Shown: piece after piece, positions 27,888-36,241 of the stretch
Numbering within the stretch: position 1 is the stretch's first letter
Layout of the letters: each line of letters begins with the position of its first letter
NCBI GenBank assembly: GCA_016844625.1
Contig: JAERMN010000001.1
Location: forward strand, 1-37,805
Source of the DNA: Deltaproteobacteria bacterium
GTDB lineage: Bacteria; Desulfobacterota; Binatia; UBA9968
Direction of reading: 5' to 3'
DNA length: 37,805 nucleotides
The notes under the pieces: model-generated
Databases searched by the model: none
The model's input: the letters and a program-made list of their open reading frames with translations, nothing else
What the model was told of the DNA's origin: nothing
Program-made: the position numbers and the translations under genes

Positions 27888-28344
27888 TCACCAATCCTTT
27901 CGAAATCTGCGGCGCCCGCCCTAGCCGTTCCTTTAGCCCCTGGCGGTCGGCAATGCTTTCGATCGTCACGCCGGCCAAGAAATTCGCCAACACCGACTGC
28001 GCCTCTTGCCAGATCGATTTTTGCAAGCAGACCGAACAGAACGAACAATAATCGGCGCCCTTGTCCAAACACTCCATCAAGACCAGCGGCCGTTCAACCG
28101 TCTCATAAACTTCTTTAATCGTGATCGCGCTCGCCGCCTTCGCCAGGGTAAAACCGCCCTTCGAGCCGATATGCGACTGCACCAACCCGCCGGCAACCAG
28201 ATCCTTCATGATCTTGGAAAGATAAAAGGACGGAACATCCTGGCTTCTTTCAATGTCGGTCCGGCTCACCACCCGCCCATCCGACTGGCCGGCGAGATAA
28301 GACAAAGCCCTTACAGCGTAATCAACACGCCGCCCGACGTTCAT
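27874..28344 (-). CDS. Rrf2 family transcriptional regulator (IscR/SufR-like, probable Fe-S sensing)
   Basis: 'MNVGRRVDYAVRALSYLAG' wHTH N-terminus and the cysteine cluster 'ECLDKGADYCSFCSVC'. I prefer ATG 28344 because the predicted promoter overlaps the GTG at 28383. It overlaps the sufC start by 14 nt. Confidence 0.85.
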   Translation of the reverse strand: MNVGRRVDYAVRALSYLAGQSDGRVVSRTDIERSQDVPSFYLSKIMKDLVAGGLVQSHIGSKGGFTLAKAASAITIKEVYETVERPLVLMECLDKGADYCSFCSVCLQKSIWQEAQSVLANFLAGVTIESIADRQGLKERLGRAPQISKGLVNARY

Positions 28345-28390
28345 CAACGAACTGCGCTCGCTTCTTGGCTTGGTTCGCAACACAGATTTG

Positions 28391-28420
28391 AATATAGACT
28401 CTGTAGGTCTCCAATGTCAA
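28391..28420 (-). promoter_or_regulatory. Candidate sigma70 promoter of the rrf2-suf operon
   Basis: On the minus strand: TTGACA (28420-15), an 18-nt spacer 'ttggagacctacagagtc', then TATATT (28396-91). The spacer contains AGAC-N7-GTCT dyad symmetry, a possible operator. Confidence 0.5.
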
Positions 28421-28653
28421 CATAGCGGCGTTTCTCGCCAAACCGGCAAAGCGGAAGGGAAAGGAGAATCTTCGTTACAACAACGACTGTCGATACGTTC
28501 CGCCGGTGATCGCGCTGTGGCGGGGAGAGAAGCTGAAATTTGAGAGCAACGCGCGTTCGATGATTATCCGGTTCGTGCAGCGCTAGTCTTACAGTTCCCT
28601 ACTCGTCGGAAAGGAATCTGCCCCCCTGACCCCAAATCTATGCTTGAATCTAA

Positions 28654-28747
28654 TATTCCCCGCAGCTTGCTGCGGGCACCATCAAATGGGGAATCCAAAG
28701 GGGGCGAGCGTCCCCTTTGGTCGCCTGCGGGGAATACCCCGCAGGCG
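28654..28747. repeat. Cluster of three perfect GC-rich hairpins (REP/BIME-like element)
   Basis: Hairpin A: cccgcag/ctgcggg, 28659-76, loop CTTG. Hairpin B: ccaaagggg/cccctttgg, 28695-720. Hairpin C: cgcctgcgggg/ccccgcaggcg, 28722-47, loop AATA. 'tattccccgcag' (28654-65) is the exact reverse complement of 'ctgcggggaata' (28725-36). Confidence 0.7.
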
Positions 28748-28773
28748 AAATGCCCCGTTTATTGCTTTGGCAA

Positions 28774-29043
28774 TTAAATGAGCCGAGACGCCCCATCCAC
28801 CTTGAGACCGAACCAGCACGCGACGAAGTCATCTAAATCGGCGCGCTTCAGTTGGTTTTCTTTCAACGCGAAGTGCTGCTTGGTCCTGAGATCGTAAATC
28901 CTGAGCTTTTCGGTCCACAGCTTTTCCTGCGCCGGTTTGCGGTCGAAGAAAAGCAGGTTCACCTTTACGACTTGCGCGTAAAAGATACTGGTGGGTAGGC
29001 GCAAGACCGTATGCACCTCCGCTTGCTCGAGCAGCTTGGCCAC
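28774..29043 (-). pseudogene. hsdM: Relic of a type I restriction-modification DNA methyltransferase (HsdM) C-terminal region
   Basis: The 89-codon ORF 'LLEQAEVHTVLRLPTSIFYAQVVKVNLLFFDRKPA...LRIYDLRTKQHFALKENQLKRADLDDFVACW' matches the conserved HsdM segment after the NPPF catalytic domain. The N-terminal ~380 aa and the C-terminal tail are absent, and there is a stop 12 codons upstream. Confidence 0.7.
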
Positions 29044-29169
29044 TCCCCTTTTATGGCACTTAGGTTGAGCTAAGCGACGCTAGATAACCCGCCGGTTACA
29101 ATCCGTAGTTTAATCGCAGGGCAACTGAACCTCTTTCGCGACTATTGCCTCCATGTTAAGAGAAATTTC

Positions 29170-29703
29170 ATGTCCATACTCAAAGTCACGCGCCTCGGTC
29201 ATCCGGTGTTGCGCCAAGTTACCAAAGCTATTTCGGTCAAAGAGCTCAAGTCTCCGGCCATGCAGAAATTCATCGACGACATGATCGAGACCATGAAGGA
29301 ATACGACGGCGTCGGCTTGGCGGCGGATCAGGTGTTCAGTTCTAAGCAGGTGGCTGTGCTCGAAGTCGCCGACAATCCGCGCTATCCAAACAAAGCGAAA
29401 GTGCCTTTGACCGTTCTGGTGAATCCGAAAATCACGCCGCTCTCCGACGAAATGGCAGAGGACTGGGAAGGCTGTCTCAGTATTCCCGATCTGCGTGGTC
29501 GAGTGCCGCGCTATACGAGCATCCACGTCCACGCGCTGGACCGGGTCGGCAAAAAAATGGACTTCATCGCTCACGATTTCCACGCCCGCGTCATCCAACA
29601 TGAGCTCGATCATCTCGCCGGCAAGGTTTATCTTGACCGCATGCGTGATTTCACGACACTCACGTTCCTGCAGGAGTTCGCGAGATATTGGATCGGCAAG
29701 TGA
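29170..29703 (+). CDS. def: Peptide deformylase
   Basis: All three PDF motifs are present: 'GVGLAADQ', 'EGCLSIPDLRG' and 'HELDHL'. 177 aa. Confidence 0.92.
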   Translation: MSILKVTRLGHPVLRQVTKAISVKELKSPAMQKFIDDMIETMKEYDGVGLAADQVFSSKQVAVLEVADNPRYPNKAKVPLTVLVNPKITPLSDEMAEDWEGCLSIPDLRGRVPRYTSIHVHALDRVGKKMDFIAHDFHARVIQHELDHLAGKVYLDRMRDFTTLTFLQEFARYWIGK

Positions 29704-29709
29704 CGGTTG

Positions 29710-29806
29710 CCAACGCTAGCTTTGAGCCTTGAGAGAAAAGCTTTGAGAATCTCAACGCGCAGCACTTTTCTCTCGGCGTTGGTTTTCAACCGCAACGCTC
29801 AAAGCT
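29710..29806 (+). promoter_or_regulatory. Structured inter-cistronic element (nested or alternative helices) between def and the radical SAM gene
   Basis: Observed pairings: 10-bp helix gagagaaaag (29731-40)/cttttctctc (29765-74), extended by gcc/ggc; outer 9-bp helix agctttgag (29718-26)/ctcaaagct (29798-806); a second agctttgag copy (29739-47) that could compete for the same partner; and ccaacgc (29710-16)/gcgttgg (29776-82). It could be a def terminator, a leader, or both. Confidence 0.35.
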
Positions 29807-29876
29807 TTCCTTTCGGCCTTTTGCCCCGCTTCCGTCCGTCGTTGAGTTTCCCAAATCGAAAGGCTAAAGTCGCGCC

Positions 29877-31172
29877 ATGAATTTGCCGCATCTGGAATCC
29901 TCGCTCGATCGGCTGCTGAGCAGCGTGTCGCGTTCGACGGCGCAGACTCTCGATCGAGCTCTTTCCGGTCAAGACCTCTCGGTCGATGAGGCAACGGGCT
30001 TATTCGAGGCTGATGGTTCCGATTTGTTGGCGATGTTCGCCGCGGCCGATCACTTGCGCGCTCAAACCGTCGGCGACGTGGTCACCTACGTCATCAATCG
30101 CAACATTAATTTTACCAATGTCTGCGTCATGCAATGCGGCTTTTGCGCCTTTAGCCGCGGTCATTTGGCCGAAGAAGGCTACTTCCTGCCGATCGAAGAA
30201 ATTATTCGACGGGCCGGCGAAGCGAGAGAGCTCGGCGCCAGCGAGGTTTGCGTCCAGGCGGGTTTGGCGCCCGGCATGGACGGCTGGCACTATGTGAAGC
30301 TTTGCCGCGCCCTCAAAGAAGCGTTTCCCGATCTCCACGTTCACGGTTTCTCACCCGAAGAAGTTCTCTACGGTTCGACATTGACCGGCGCGACCATTCG
30401 CGATTACTTAATCGCTCTCAAAGACGCCGGCGTCGGCAGTTTGCCGGGAACTTCTGCCGAAATCTTTGTCGACGAAGTCCGCCAACGCATCTCGCCGGGG
30501 CGGATCAGCATCGATCAATGGATCGAGGTGATTCAAACCGCCCATGAGGTCGGTATCCCGACCACGTCGACGATCATGTATGGCCACATAGAAACCGCGC
30601 GCCACCGCGCCATACATCTAAACGTTGTTCGCGAGGTGCAGAAGCGCACCGGCGGCATCACCGAGTTCGTGCCGCTCAGTTTCGTCTACGAAGAGGCGCC
30701 GATGTCGCATCGAAAAGCGCTGCCCGAGCTGCGCCATGGGGCCAGCGGCGCGGAAGTGATGAAGATGTACGCCGTGTCGCGGCTGATGCTGAACCATTGG
30801 ATACCGAACTTGCAGGTCTCCTGGGTCAAAGAAGGCCCGAAGCTGTCACAGATCGCGCTCCTCGCCGGCGCCAATGATTTCGGCGGCACGCTGATCAACG
30901 AAAGCATCTCCACCGCCGCCGGCGCGGGCTACGGCCAGCTGATGAAGCCGTCCGAATTTCGCGGTTTGATTCGCGAGATGGGGCGCATTCCGGCGGAGCG
31001 CTCGACGACCTATCAAAAGGTCCGGGTCTTCGAAACCGAAAACAATCACCGTGACTTGCTCGACGAGATCAACGATCCGGCGCAACGCTTTGGCTCGTAT
31101 CAAAACCTCATTCATTTAAAAGAATACCGCTTCCGCGATTTCTACCGCGAGCAGAAAAGCTCGAAGCATTGA
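29877..31172 (+). CDS. cofH: Radical SAM enzyme, CofH/FbiC-C-terminal type (FO synthase subunit 2-like)
   Basis: 'VTYVINRNINFTNVCVMQCGFCAFSR' (CX3CX2C). 'HVHGFSPEEV', 'PGTSAEIFVDEVR', 'TAHEVGIPTTSTIMYGHIE' and 'TGGITEFVPLSFV' closely track my recollection of the CofH domain of FbiC. The related MqnC/MqnE families cannot be fully excluded. Confidence 0.7.
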   Translation: MNLPHLESSLDRLLSSVSRSTAQTLDRALSGQDLSVDEATGLFEADGSDLLAMFAAADHLRAQTVGDVVTYVINRNINFTNVCVMQCGFCAFSRGHLAEEGYFLPIEEIIRRAGEARELGASEVCVQAGLAPGMDGWHYVKLCRALKEAFPDLHVHGFSPEEVLYGSTLTGATIRDYLIALKDAGVGSLPGTSAEIFVDEVRQRISPGRISIDQWIEVIQTAHEVGIPTTSTIMYGHIETARHRAIHLNVVREVQKRTGGITEFVPLSFVYEEAPMSHRKALPELRHGASGAEVMKMYAVSRLMLNHWIPNLQVSWVKEGPKLSQIALLAGANDFGGTLINESISTAAGAGYGQLMKPSEFRGLIREMGRIPAERSTTYQKVRVFETENNHRDLLDEINDPAQRFGSYQNLIHLKEYRFRDFYREQKSSKH

Positions 31173-31294
31173 CCCGAGCACAGACCCAAAGCACGCCGAA
31201 GTTCGACAATTAGAAAAAGGGGGTTGGCGCCTCGGCGCAAGCAAATGCCTTACCGCGGTTGCTCCGGACATTTAACGCGTGAGACTCGACTGCC

Positions 31295-31894
31295 ATGATC
31301 GGTGACCCATCCCAGTTTGAAACGATTGGCAATCGCCTGGGCTTTCGCGTCATCGAAGCGAGCCCTGAAAAAGTGAAACTACTTTGGCAAGGCGCCCGCT
31401 TCCCGGCGTTTCTTTGTCTGGGAATAGCCCTTCTGCTGCTCTTCGTTTCAGTGCCAATCGTTCAAGCCTTGCTGCTACGCGGCTTCGTCGGCCCGGCGGG
31501 CTCGCTTTGGTATTTCCCTTTAATGAATTTGGTGCTGTTCGGGATTTCGTTTTTTCTGGTCACCCAACGGCGCACGATTGAAATCAATAGCCAAACGCGA
31601 CAAGTCACTTTGCGCCGCCAAAGCCTCTATCGCTCCACGGTCTTAAGCCTGAGCTATGATGAAGTTGCCGAAGTTCAGCTCGGCATCGACGAGATCGAGG
31701 GCGGTTTCGCTCTAGGTGGCTCCACCGCCGCGCAGAAATTTCCCGTGCCGGCATTGCGACTATCCATAGCGAATGGCGGAAACGCCCTCCTCGACCGCGG
31801 TAGTCAGAGAAAACTCGGAGAGATCGGAAAGCTGGTCAGCGATCGGCTCGCGAAACCTTTAACGATCGAACCGCGATTACAAAGCCATTCGTGA
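31295..31894 (+). CDS. Hypothetical membrane protein (two TM helices plus a C-terminal soluble domain)
   Basis: 199-aa ORF with hydrophobic segments 'FPAFLCLGIALLLLFVSVPIVQALLL' and 'LWYFPLMNLVLFGISFFLV'. I recognise no family. Confidence 0.55.
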   Translation: MIGDPSQFETIGNRLGFRVIEASPEKVKLLWQGARFPAFLCLGIALLLLFVSVPIVQALLLRGFVGPAGSLWYFPLMNLVLFGISFFLVTQRRTIEINSQTRQVTLRRQSLYRSTVLSLSYDEVAEVQLGIDEIEGGFALGGSTAAQKFPVPALRLSIANGGNALLDRGSQRKLGEIGKLVSDRLAKPLTIEPRLQSHS

Positions 31895-32304
31895 ATAAGC
31901 TCGTCGAAGCGTGACGCTACAACGATCAAGATACGAGACAGGAGGCGATGCCTTCTCCCCACACCTTACGCCTTACTCATCGACTGCTAACGGCTCGTCA
32001 AAACTCGACTGAACCCCAATTCCGCAGTTGCAAGTGACGTGCAGAGCGAGGCGCAAGGCTTCCGTCGCGGCGGCAAAGCAGTTCTACCTCTAAGCGGCCC
32101 GCGACCATGGGTGCAATCCGTGGATTCATCAAGCGCTAAGCGACGGCTGGCTGAGAAGTAAAAACGACTTTGAAACATTACCGTTGGCTGCCTTCGCGAC
32201 TCCAGGCTCGCACTTCGCTCAACCGAGGTTATGAATTCAACTGCAGAATTCGGGCTGAACAAAGTAAGAGAACAAAAAACTGATCTGTTGTGCCAGAGGC
32301 AAGC

Positions 32305-32961
32305 CTAAGACGCCGGCCCGCGGGCGATGATTTGGTGCAACTGGCCGATCGCCTTCTTGACGCCTTCTTGGGCGAGTTGATCGGCGCTCAGCCAGCGCAC
32401 GCCGCGCTCGCCAATATCGCCGAAGGCGAAAATATTTTCGCTTAAAGATTTTTGTGTTTCGTCGAACTGCGCCGACCAGATCACATCGCCGCGCCGGACA
32501 TCGACTAGGTCTAAGACAAACGCCACCGACGCTGGGCTTTTGGCGCCCCATTCGTCGCCGACCCGCTCGCGGTAACGCTGCACCCGGCCGGTCATCACCG
32601 CGTCGGCATAAACCATCTCACCGATCCGTTTGAGCCGGCTTGCTTCAGCCGCCGCCGGCAGCGACTGGCCCACTTCGCGCACTTCGTTTTCCGAGACGAT
32701 CTGCCAATTGGGCAAAGACGCCAACGCCGAATAGGCAAAGCGAGCGAGACTTTCCGGCGCCTGGCGCTCGCTCGTGCGCGGCTCCAGCGCCGTGCCGAAA
32801 GGAATCTTCTGCACCGGCGCACCGGCCATCACTGCAAGGGGCACCACCGCGATGCGGCGAATTTTGCGCGCCTCGAGGTCGGTGGAATGGCGGCTTTGCA
32901 GATTGCCCGGACCAAAACTGCAACCGATAACGACAAAAATCAGTGGGATAAGCTTGGTCAT
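32305..32961 (-). CDS. Putative lipoprotein
   Basis: ATG 32961 gives 'MTKLIPLIFVVIGCS', a signal peptide with the lipobox V-I-G-C. The ORF track's extension to 33006 is unnecessary. Function unknown. Confidence 0.65.
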   Translation of the reverse strand: MTKLIPLIFVVIGCSFGPGNLQSRHSTDLEARKIRRIAVVPLAVMAGAPVQKIPFGTALEPRTSERQAPESLARFAYSALASLPNWQIVSENEVREVGQSLPAAAEASRLKRIGEMVYADAVMTGRVQRYRERVGDEWGAKSPASVAFVLDLVDVRRGDVIWSAQFDETQKSLSENIFAFGDIGERGVRWLSADQLAQEGVKKAIGQLHQIIARGPAS

Positions 32962-33089
32962 GTTAGTGACGCTGAAAATATCAGAAGTGCCGCAACGGCT
33001 CAACAAAAAACTGGCCGTTGTCGACGATTAGGAACACAGGTGGAAAGATTCATCTGGTCTCGTTCTGGTCAGTCAAGTCCGAGATCTGA

Positions 33090-34892
33090 CTACTTGCCTT
33101 CTCCGCTCACCCGAATCCCAAGCTCGCGCAACTGGCGCGGGTCGACGCCAGACGGAGCTTCAGTGAGCATGCAGACCGCGCGCTGGCTCTTGGGGAAGGC
33201 GATGACATCGCGCAGCGACTTGGCACCGCTCAAGAGCATCGCCAAACGGTCGATGCCAAAGGCGATGCCGCCATGGGGCGGCGCGCCAAAACTGAGCGCT
33301 TCCAAGAAGAAACCGAATTTCGCGCTAGCCTCTTCCGCGCCGATCCCCATAAGACCGAGAATTTTTCTCTGTAACTCGACTTGGTGAATACGGATGCTGC
33401 CGCCGCCGACCTCGATGCCATTGATTGCCAAGTCATAGGCCTTCGAGCGCGTCTTCGCCGGCTCGCTGTCGAGCAGGGGCAAGTCTTCATCGAGCGGCGC
33501 GGTGAACGGATGGTGCAATGCGACATAGCGCTTTTCTTGCGGATCGAATTCCATCAACGGAAAATCGACGACCCAGACCGGCGCGTATTCTTTCTCAGGG
33601 ATCAAGCCGAGCTTTTCGCCCAAGTGTAAGCGCAGGTTGCCCAGTGAATCGTGCACGATCTTCGCCGTGTCGGCGGAGAATAAGACAACGTCGCCCACCT
33701 CGGCTTCAGAAATTACTTCGATCTTTTTCTGTTCCGCCTCGGAGAGAAACTTGGCGATCGGTGACTGCCAACCTTCGGCGGTAATTTTCGTCCAGGCGAT
33801 CCCTTTGGCGCCGAAGGTTGCGACAAACGGCGTCAGGTCGTCCAAATCCTTGCGCGACATCTCGCCGCCTCTGGGGATGCGGATGCCTTTAACCAAACCG
33901 CCCTTTTGGATCGCGCCGGCAAACACCTTCGCCTGACAATTACGCAATGCGTCGGTGAAGTCGCTGATCTCCAAGCCGAAACGCGTGTCGGGCTTATCCG
34001 AACCGAAGCGGTTCAGCGCTTCTTCGTAGGTCAAACGGCGGAACGGTCGTTTGAGATCAATGCCTTTCAATTCCTTAAACAATAGCGTGATCATCGCCTC
34101 GACCACCGCCATGACGTCTTCCGGCTGGACAAAAGACAGCTCCATATCGAGCTGGGTGAATTCCGGCTGGCGGTCGGCGCGCAGATCTTCGTCGCGAAAG
34201 CATTTGACGATTTGAAAATAGCGGTCGAGGCCGCCGACCATGAGGATTTGCTTAAACAACTGCGGCGACTGCGGCAGCGCGTAGAACTTGCCGGGATAAA
34301 TGCGGCTCGGCACCAGATAATCACGCGCCCCTTCCGGCGTGCTCTTGGTCAACACCGGCGTTTCAACGTCGATGAAACCCAAGCCGTCGAGATAGTCGCG
34401 GATCAGTTTGGTCATGCGGTAACGCAGCAAAAGATGACCCAGGCTCTGCGGCCGGCGCAGATCGAGATAGCGATATTTTAGCCGGGTATTCTCGGTCGCG
34501 TCGGTTTCGTCTGCGATGACAAAGGGCGGCACCGCCGAGGCGTTGAGCAAACGCAACTCTCGACTTTTGAGTTCTACTTCGCCGGTGGCGAGATCTGGAT
34601 TGATCGTATCCAACGAGCGCTTGGCGAGCACGCCGCGCACCGCGATCACGTCTTCGGAGCGAATTTGCTTCGCCTTGTCGTGCGACGCCGGATCGCTTGC
34701 CGGATTGAACACCACTTGGCAAAGTCCGCTGCGGTCGCGCAGATCGACGAAGATCACGCCGCCATGGTCGCGCCGGCTATGCACCCAGCCCGCGAGAGTC
34801 ATTTCTTTGCCGACTGCATCCAGCCGCGCTGCGCCGCAGTAACAACTGCGCTTCCAATCGCCCAACTGATCGCTAAAAACTCGCTCCGCCAT
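33090..34892 (-). CDS. aspS: Aspartate--tRNA ligase
   Basis: 600 aa (bacterial type with the GAD insertion). '[22 protein letters not shown]', '[26 protein letters not shown]' and 'GGGSIRIH'. The start overlaps the hisS stop (TAATG). Confidence 0.93.
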   Translation of the reverse strand: MAERVFSDQLGDWKRSCYCGAARLDAVGKEMTLAGWVHSRRDHGGVIFVDLRDRSGLCQVVFNPASDPASHDKAKQIRSEDVIAVRGVLAKRSLDTINPDLATGEVELKSRELRLLNASAVPPFVIADETDATENTRLKYRYLDLRRPQSLGHLLLRYRMTKLIRDYLDGLGFIDVETPVLTKSTPEGARDYLVPSRIYPGKFYALPQSPQLFKQILMVGGLDRYFQIVKCFRDEDLRADRQPEFTQLDMELSFVQPEDVMAVVEAMITLLFKELKGIDLKRPFRRLTYEEALNRFGSDKPDTRFGLEISDFTDALRNCQAKVFAGAIQKGGLVKGIRIPRGGEMSRKDLDDLTPFVATFGAKGIAWTKITAEGWQSPIAKFLSEAEQKKIEVISEAEVGDVVLFSADTAKIVHDSLGNLRLHLGEKLGLIPEKEYAPVWVVDFPLMEFDPQEKRYVALHHPFTAPLDEDLPLLDSEPAKTRSKAYDLAINGIEVGGGSIRIHQVELQRKILGLMGIGAEEASAKFGFFLEALSFGAPPHGGIAFGIDRLAMLLSGAKSLRDVIAFPKSQRAVCMLTEAPSGVDPRQLRELGIRVSGEGK

Positions 34893-36175
34893 TAATTTGC
34901 CTTCCTCACCACTAGTTCCGCTTCAATATTTTTTAAATTGACGCCCCGTTGCTGCTTACTCGCCATGTCGCGCAGCGCTGCCGTGCCTTGGGTTAATTCA
35001 TTTTCGCCGACGATCAACACTGAGACCGCTTTGAGTTTGTCGGCGCGGCGCATCTGGCTTTTCATGCTACGCGCCTCGCCTTCCATCTCGACACTCACGC
35101 CGGCGCGGCGCAAACGGTGCATGGCGGGGAATGCCCAGTCGCGCGCCTTGTCACCGAGCCAGACGATGAACAGCGACGGCCCGTTTGCCGCGGCGCTCTC
35201 TTGCAAGCGCAATAGCATGGTCAAGCGCTCCACGCCCATGGCGAAGCCGACGCCGGGGATCGCCGGCCCGCCCAACTGCTCGACCAGGGCGTCGTAACGG
35301 CCGCCCGCCGCCACAGCGCTTTGTGAACCCAATAATCCGGTCGTCCACTCAAACGTCGTGCGGCAGTAGTAATCGAGGCCGCGCACCATGCGCGGATTGA
35401 GCGCGAACCGGACCTCGGTTGCGCTTAACAAGCGCTGCACCGTGGCAAAATGTTCACGGCATTGAGCGCACAACGAGTCGACAATCGACGGTGCGTCCTT
35501 GGTCGTCTCAATACAGCCTGCCTCTTTGCAATCTAAAGCGCGGAGCGGGTTGCGGTCTATGCGCCGTTGGCAGTTGCCGCACAACGACTGTTCGTGGTGC
35601 TGCAAAAACGCCAGCAATTTTTGCCGATACTGCGGCCGGCATTCAGAACAGCCAAGCGAATTGATCTGCAACGACGGCTCGGTGAGTCCTACCGCGCTGA
35701 AAAAATCATGGAGCAAGAGCAAAATTTCCGCGTCAACGAATGGATCGCCGCGTCCCAACGCCTCAGCGCCGATCTGATGGAACTGACGCATGCGCCCTTT
35801 TTGCGGCCGCTCGCGGCGAAACATCGGCCCCATGTAATAGAGCTTGCGCACCGGCTCGACCTTATACATTTCCGCTTCGACGTAGGCGCGCACCACACCC
35901 GCCGTCCCTTCGGGACGGAGCGTGAGCTTGGTGCTCTCGACGGTTTCCCCGGCGCGGCTATCGCGATCTTCGAAGGTGTACATTTCCTTCTCGACGATAT
36001 CGCTGGTCTCGCCGATGGAGCGACTGAACAGCTCGGTTTTCTCTAAGATCGGAATGCGGATTTCGGCGAAGTTATACGCATGAAAAACCTGGCGCGCCTT
36101 GGCTTCCACCAGCTGCCAGGACTCCACTTCGCCGGGAAAGATATCCGCGAAACCTTTGATACTAGTAATCTTCAT
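34892..36175 (-). CDS. hisS: Histidine--tRNA ligase
   Basis: 427 aa with 'MYTFEDR', '[26 protein letters not shown]' and '[10 protein letters not shown]'. Confidence 0.93.
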   Translation of the reverse strand: MKITSIKGFADIFPGEVESWQLVEAKARQVFHAYNFAEIRIPILEKTELFSRSIGETSDIVEKEMYTFEDRDSRAGETVESTKLTLRPEGTAGVVRAYVEAEMYKVEPVRKLYYMGPMFRRERPQKGRMRQFHQIGAEALGRGDPFVDAEILLLLHDFFSAVGLTEPSLQINSLGCSECRPQYRQKLLAFLQHHEQSLCGNCQRRIDRNPLRALDCKEAGCIETTKDAPSIVDSLCAQCREHFATVQRLLSATEVRFALNPRMVRGLDYYCRTTFEWTTGLLGSQSAVAAGGRYDALVEQLGGPAIPGVGFAMGVERLTMLLRLQESAAANGPSLFIVWLGDKARDWAFPAMHRLRRAGVSVEMEGEARSMKSQMRRADKLKAVSVLIVGENELTQGTAALRDMASKQQRGVNLKNIEAELVVRKAN

Positions 36176-36241
36176 CGATTGAATTAAAAGCGTGCCAACA
36201 AGACACCATAAGAGCTTTGCGAGTTCAAGTTGCGGCCAAGA

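Noticed and set aside
28654-28747. Degenerate CRISPR array. The hairpin 'TTCCCCGCAG-CTTG-CTGCGGG' resembles type I-E/I-F repeat stems (CCCCGC...GCGGGG).
   Set aside because: There are only two related copies and they are in inverted, not direct, orientation, about 60 nt apart. No regular repeat-spacer periodicity, leader or cas genes are present in the window.
28650-28832. 60-aa minus-strand ORF 'MTSSRAGSVSRWMGRLGSF...'
   Set aside because: It reads straight through the three palindromic hairpins and overlaps the hsdM relic. The composition is set by the repeats, and there is no SD.
32233-32251. An EcoRI-PstI-EcoRI site cluster (GAATTCAACTGCAGAATTC) that could suggest a cloning-vector or polylinker remnant
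   Set aside because: It is only 19 nt, and the flanking sequence shows no vector features (no ori, resistance, lacZ or primer sites). It is most simply a short palindromic hairpin occurring by chance.
31987-32262. 91-aa minus-strand ORF in the convergent spacer
   Set aside because: The translation is Arg/Ser/Ala/Leu-rich with no hydrophobic core pattern, no SD and no recognisable motif. It is probably a chance open frame.
31895-32304. Known housekeeping RNAs (tmRNA, RNase P RNA, SRP/4.5S, tRNA) in the large spacer
   Set aside because: None of the conserved cores I can recognise by eye are present on either strand: RNase P 'GAGGAAAGTCCGGGC', the tRNA-like 'GGTTCGAATCC...CCA' end of tmRNA, the SRP 'GGAAGCAGCC' domain IV, or a tRNA cloverleaf. 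This does not exclude a novel sRNA.
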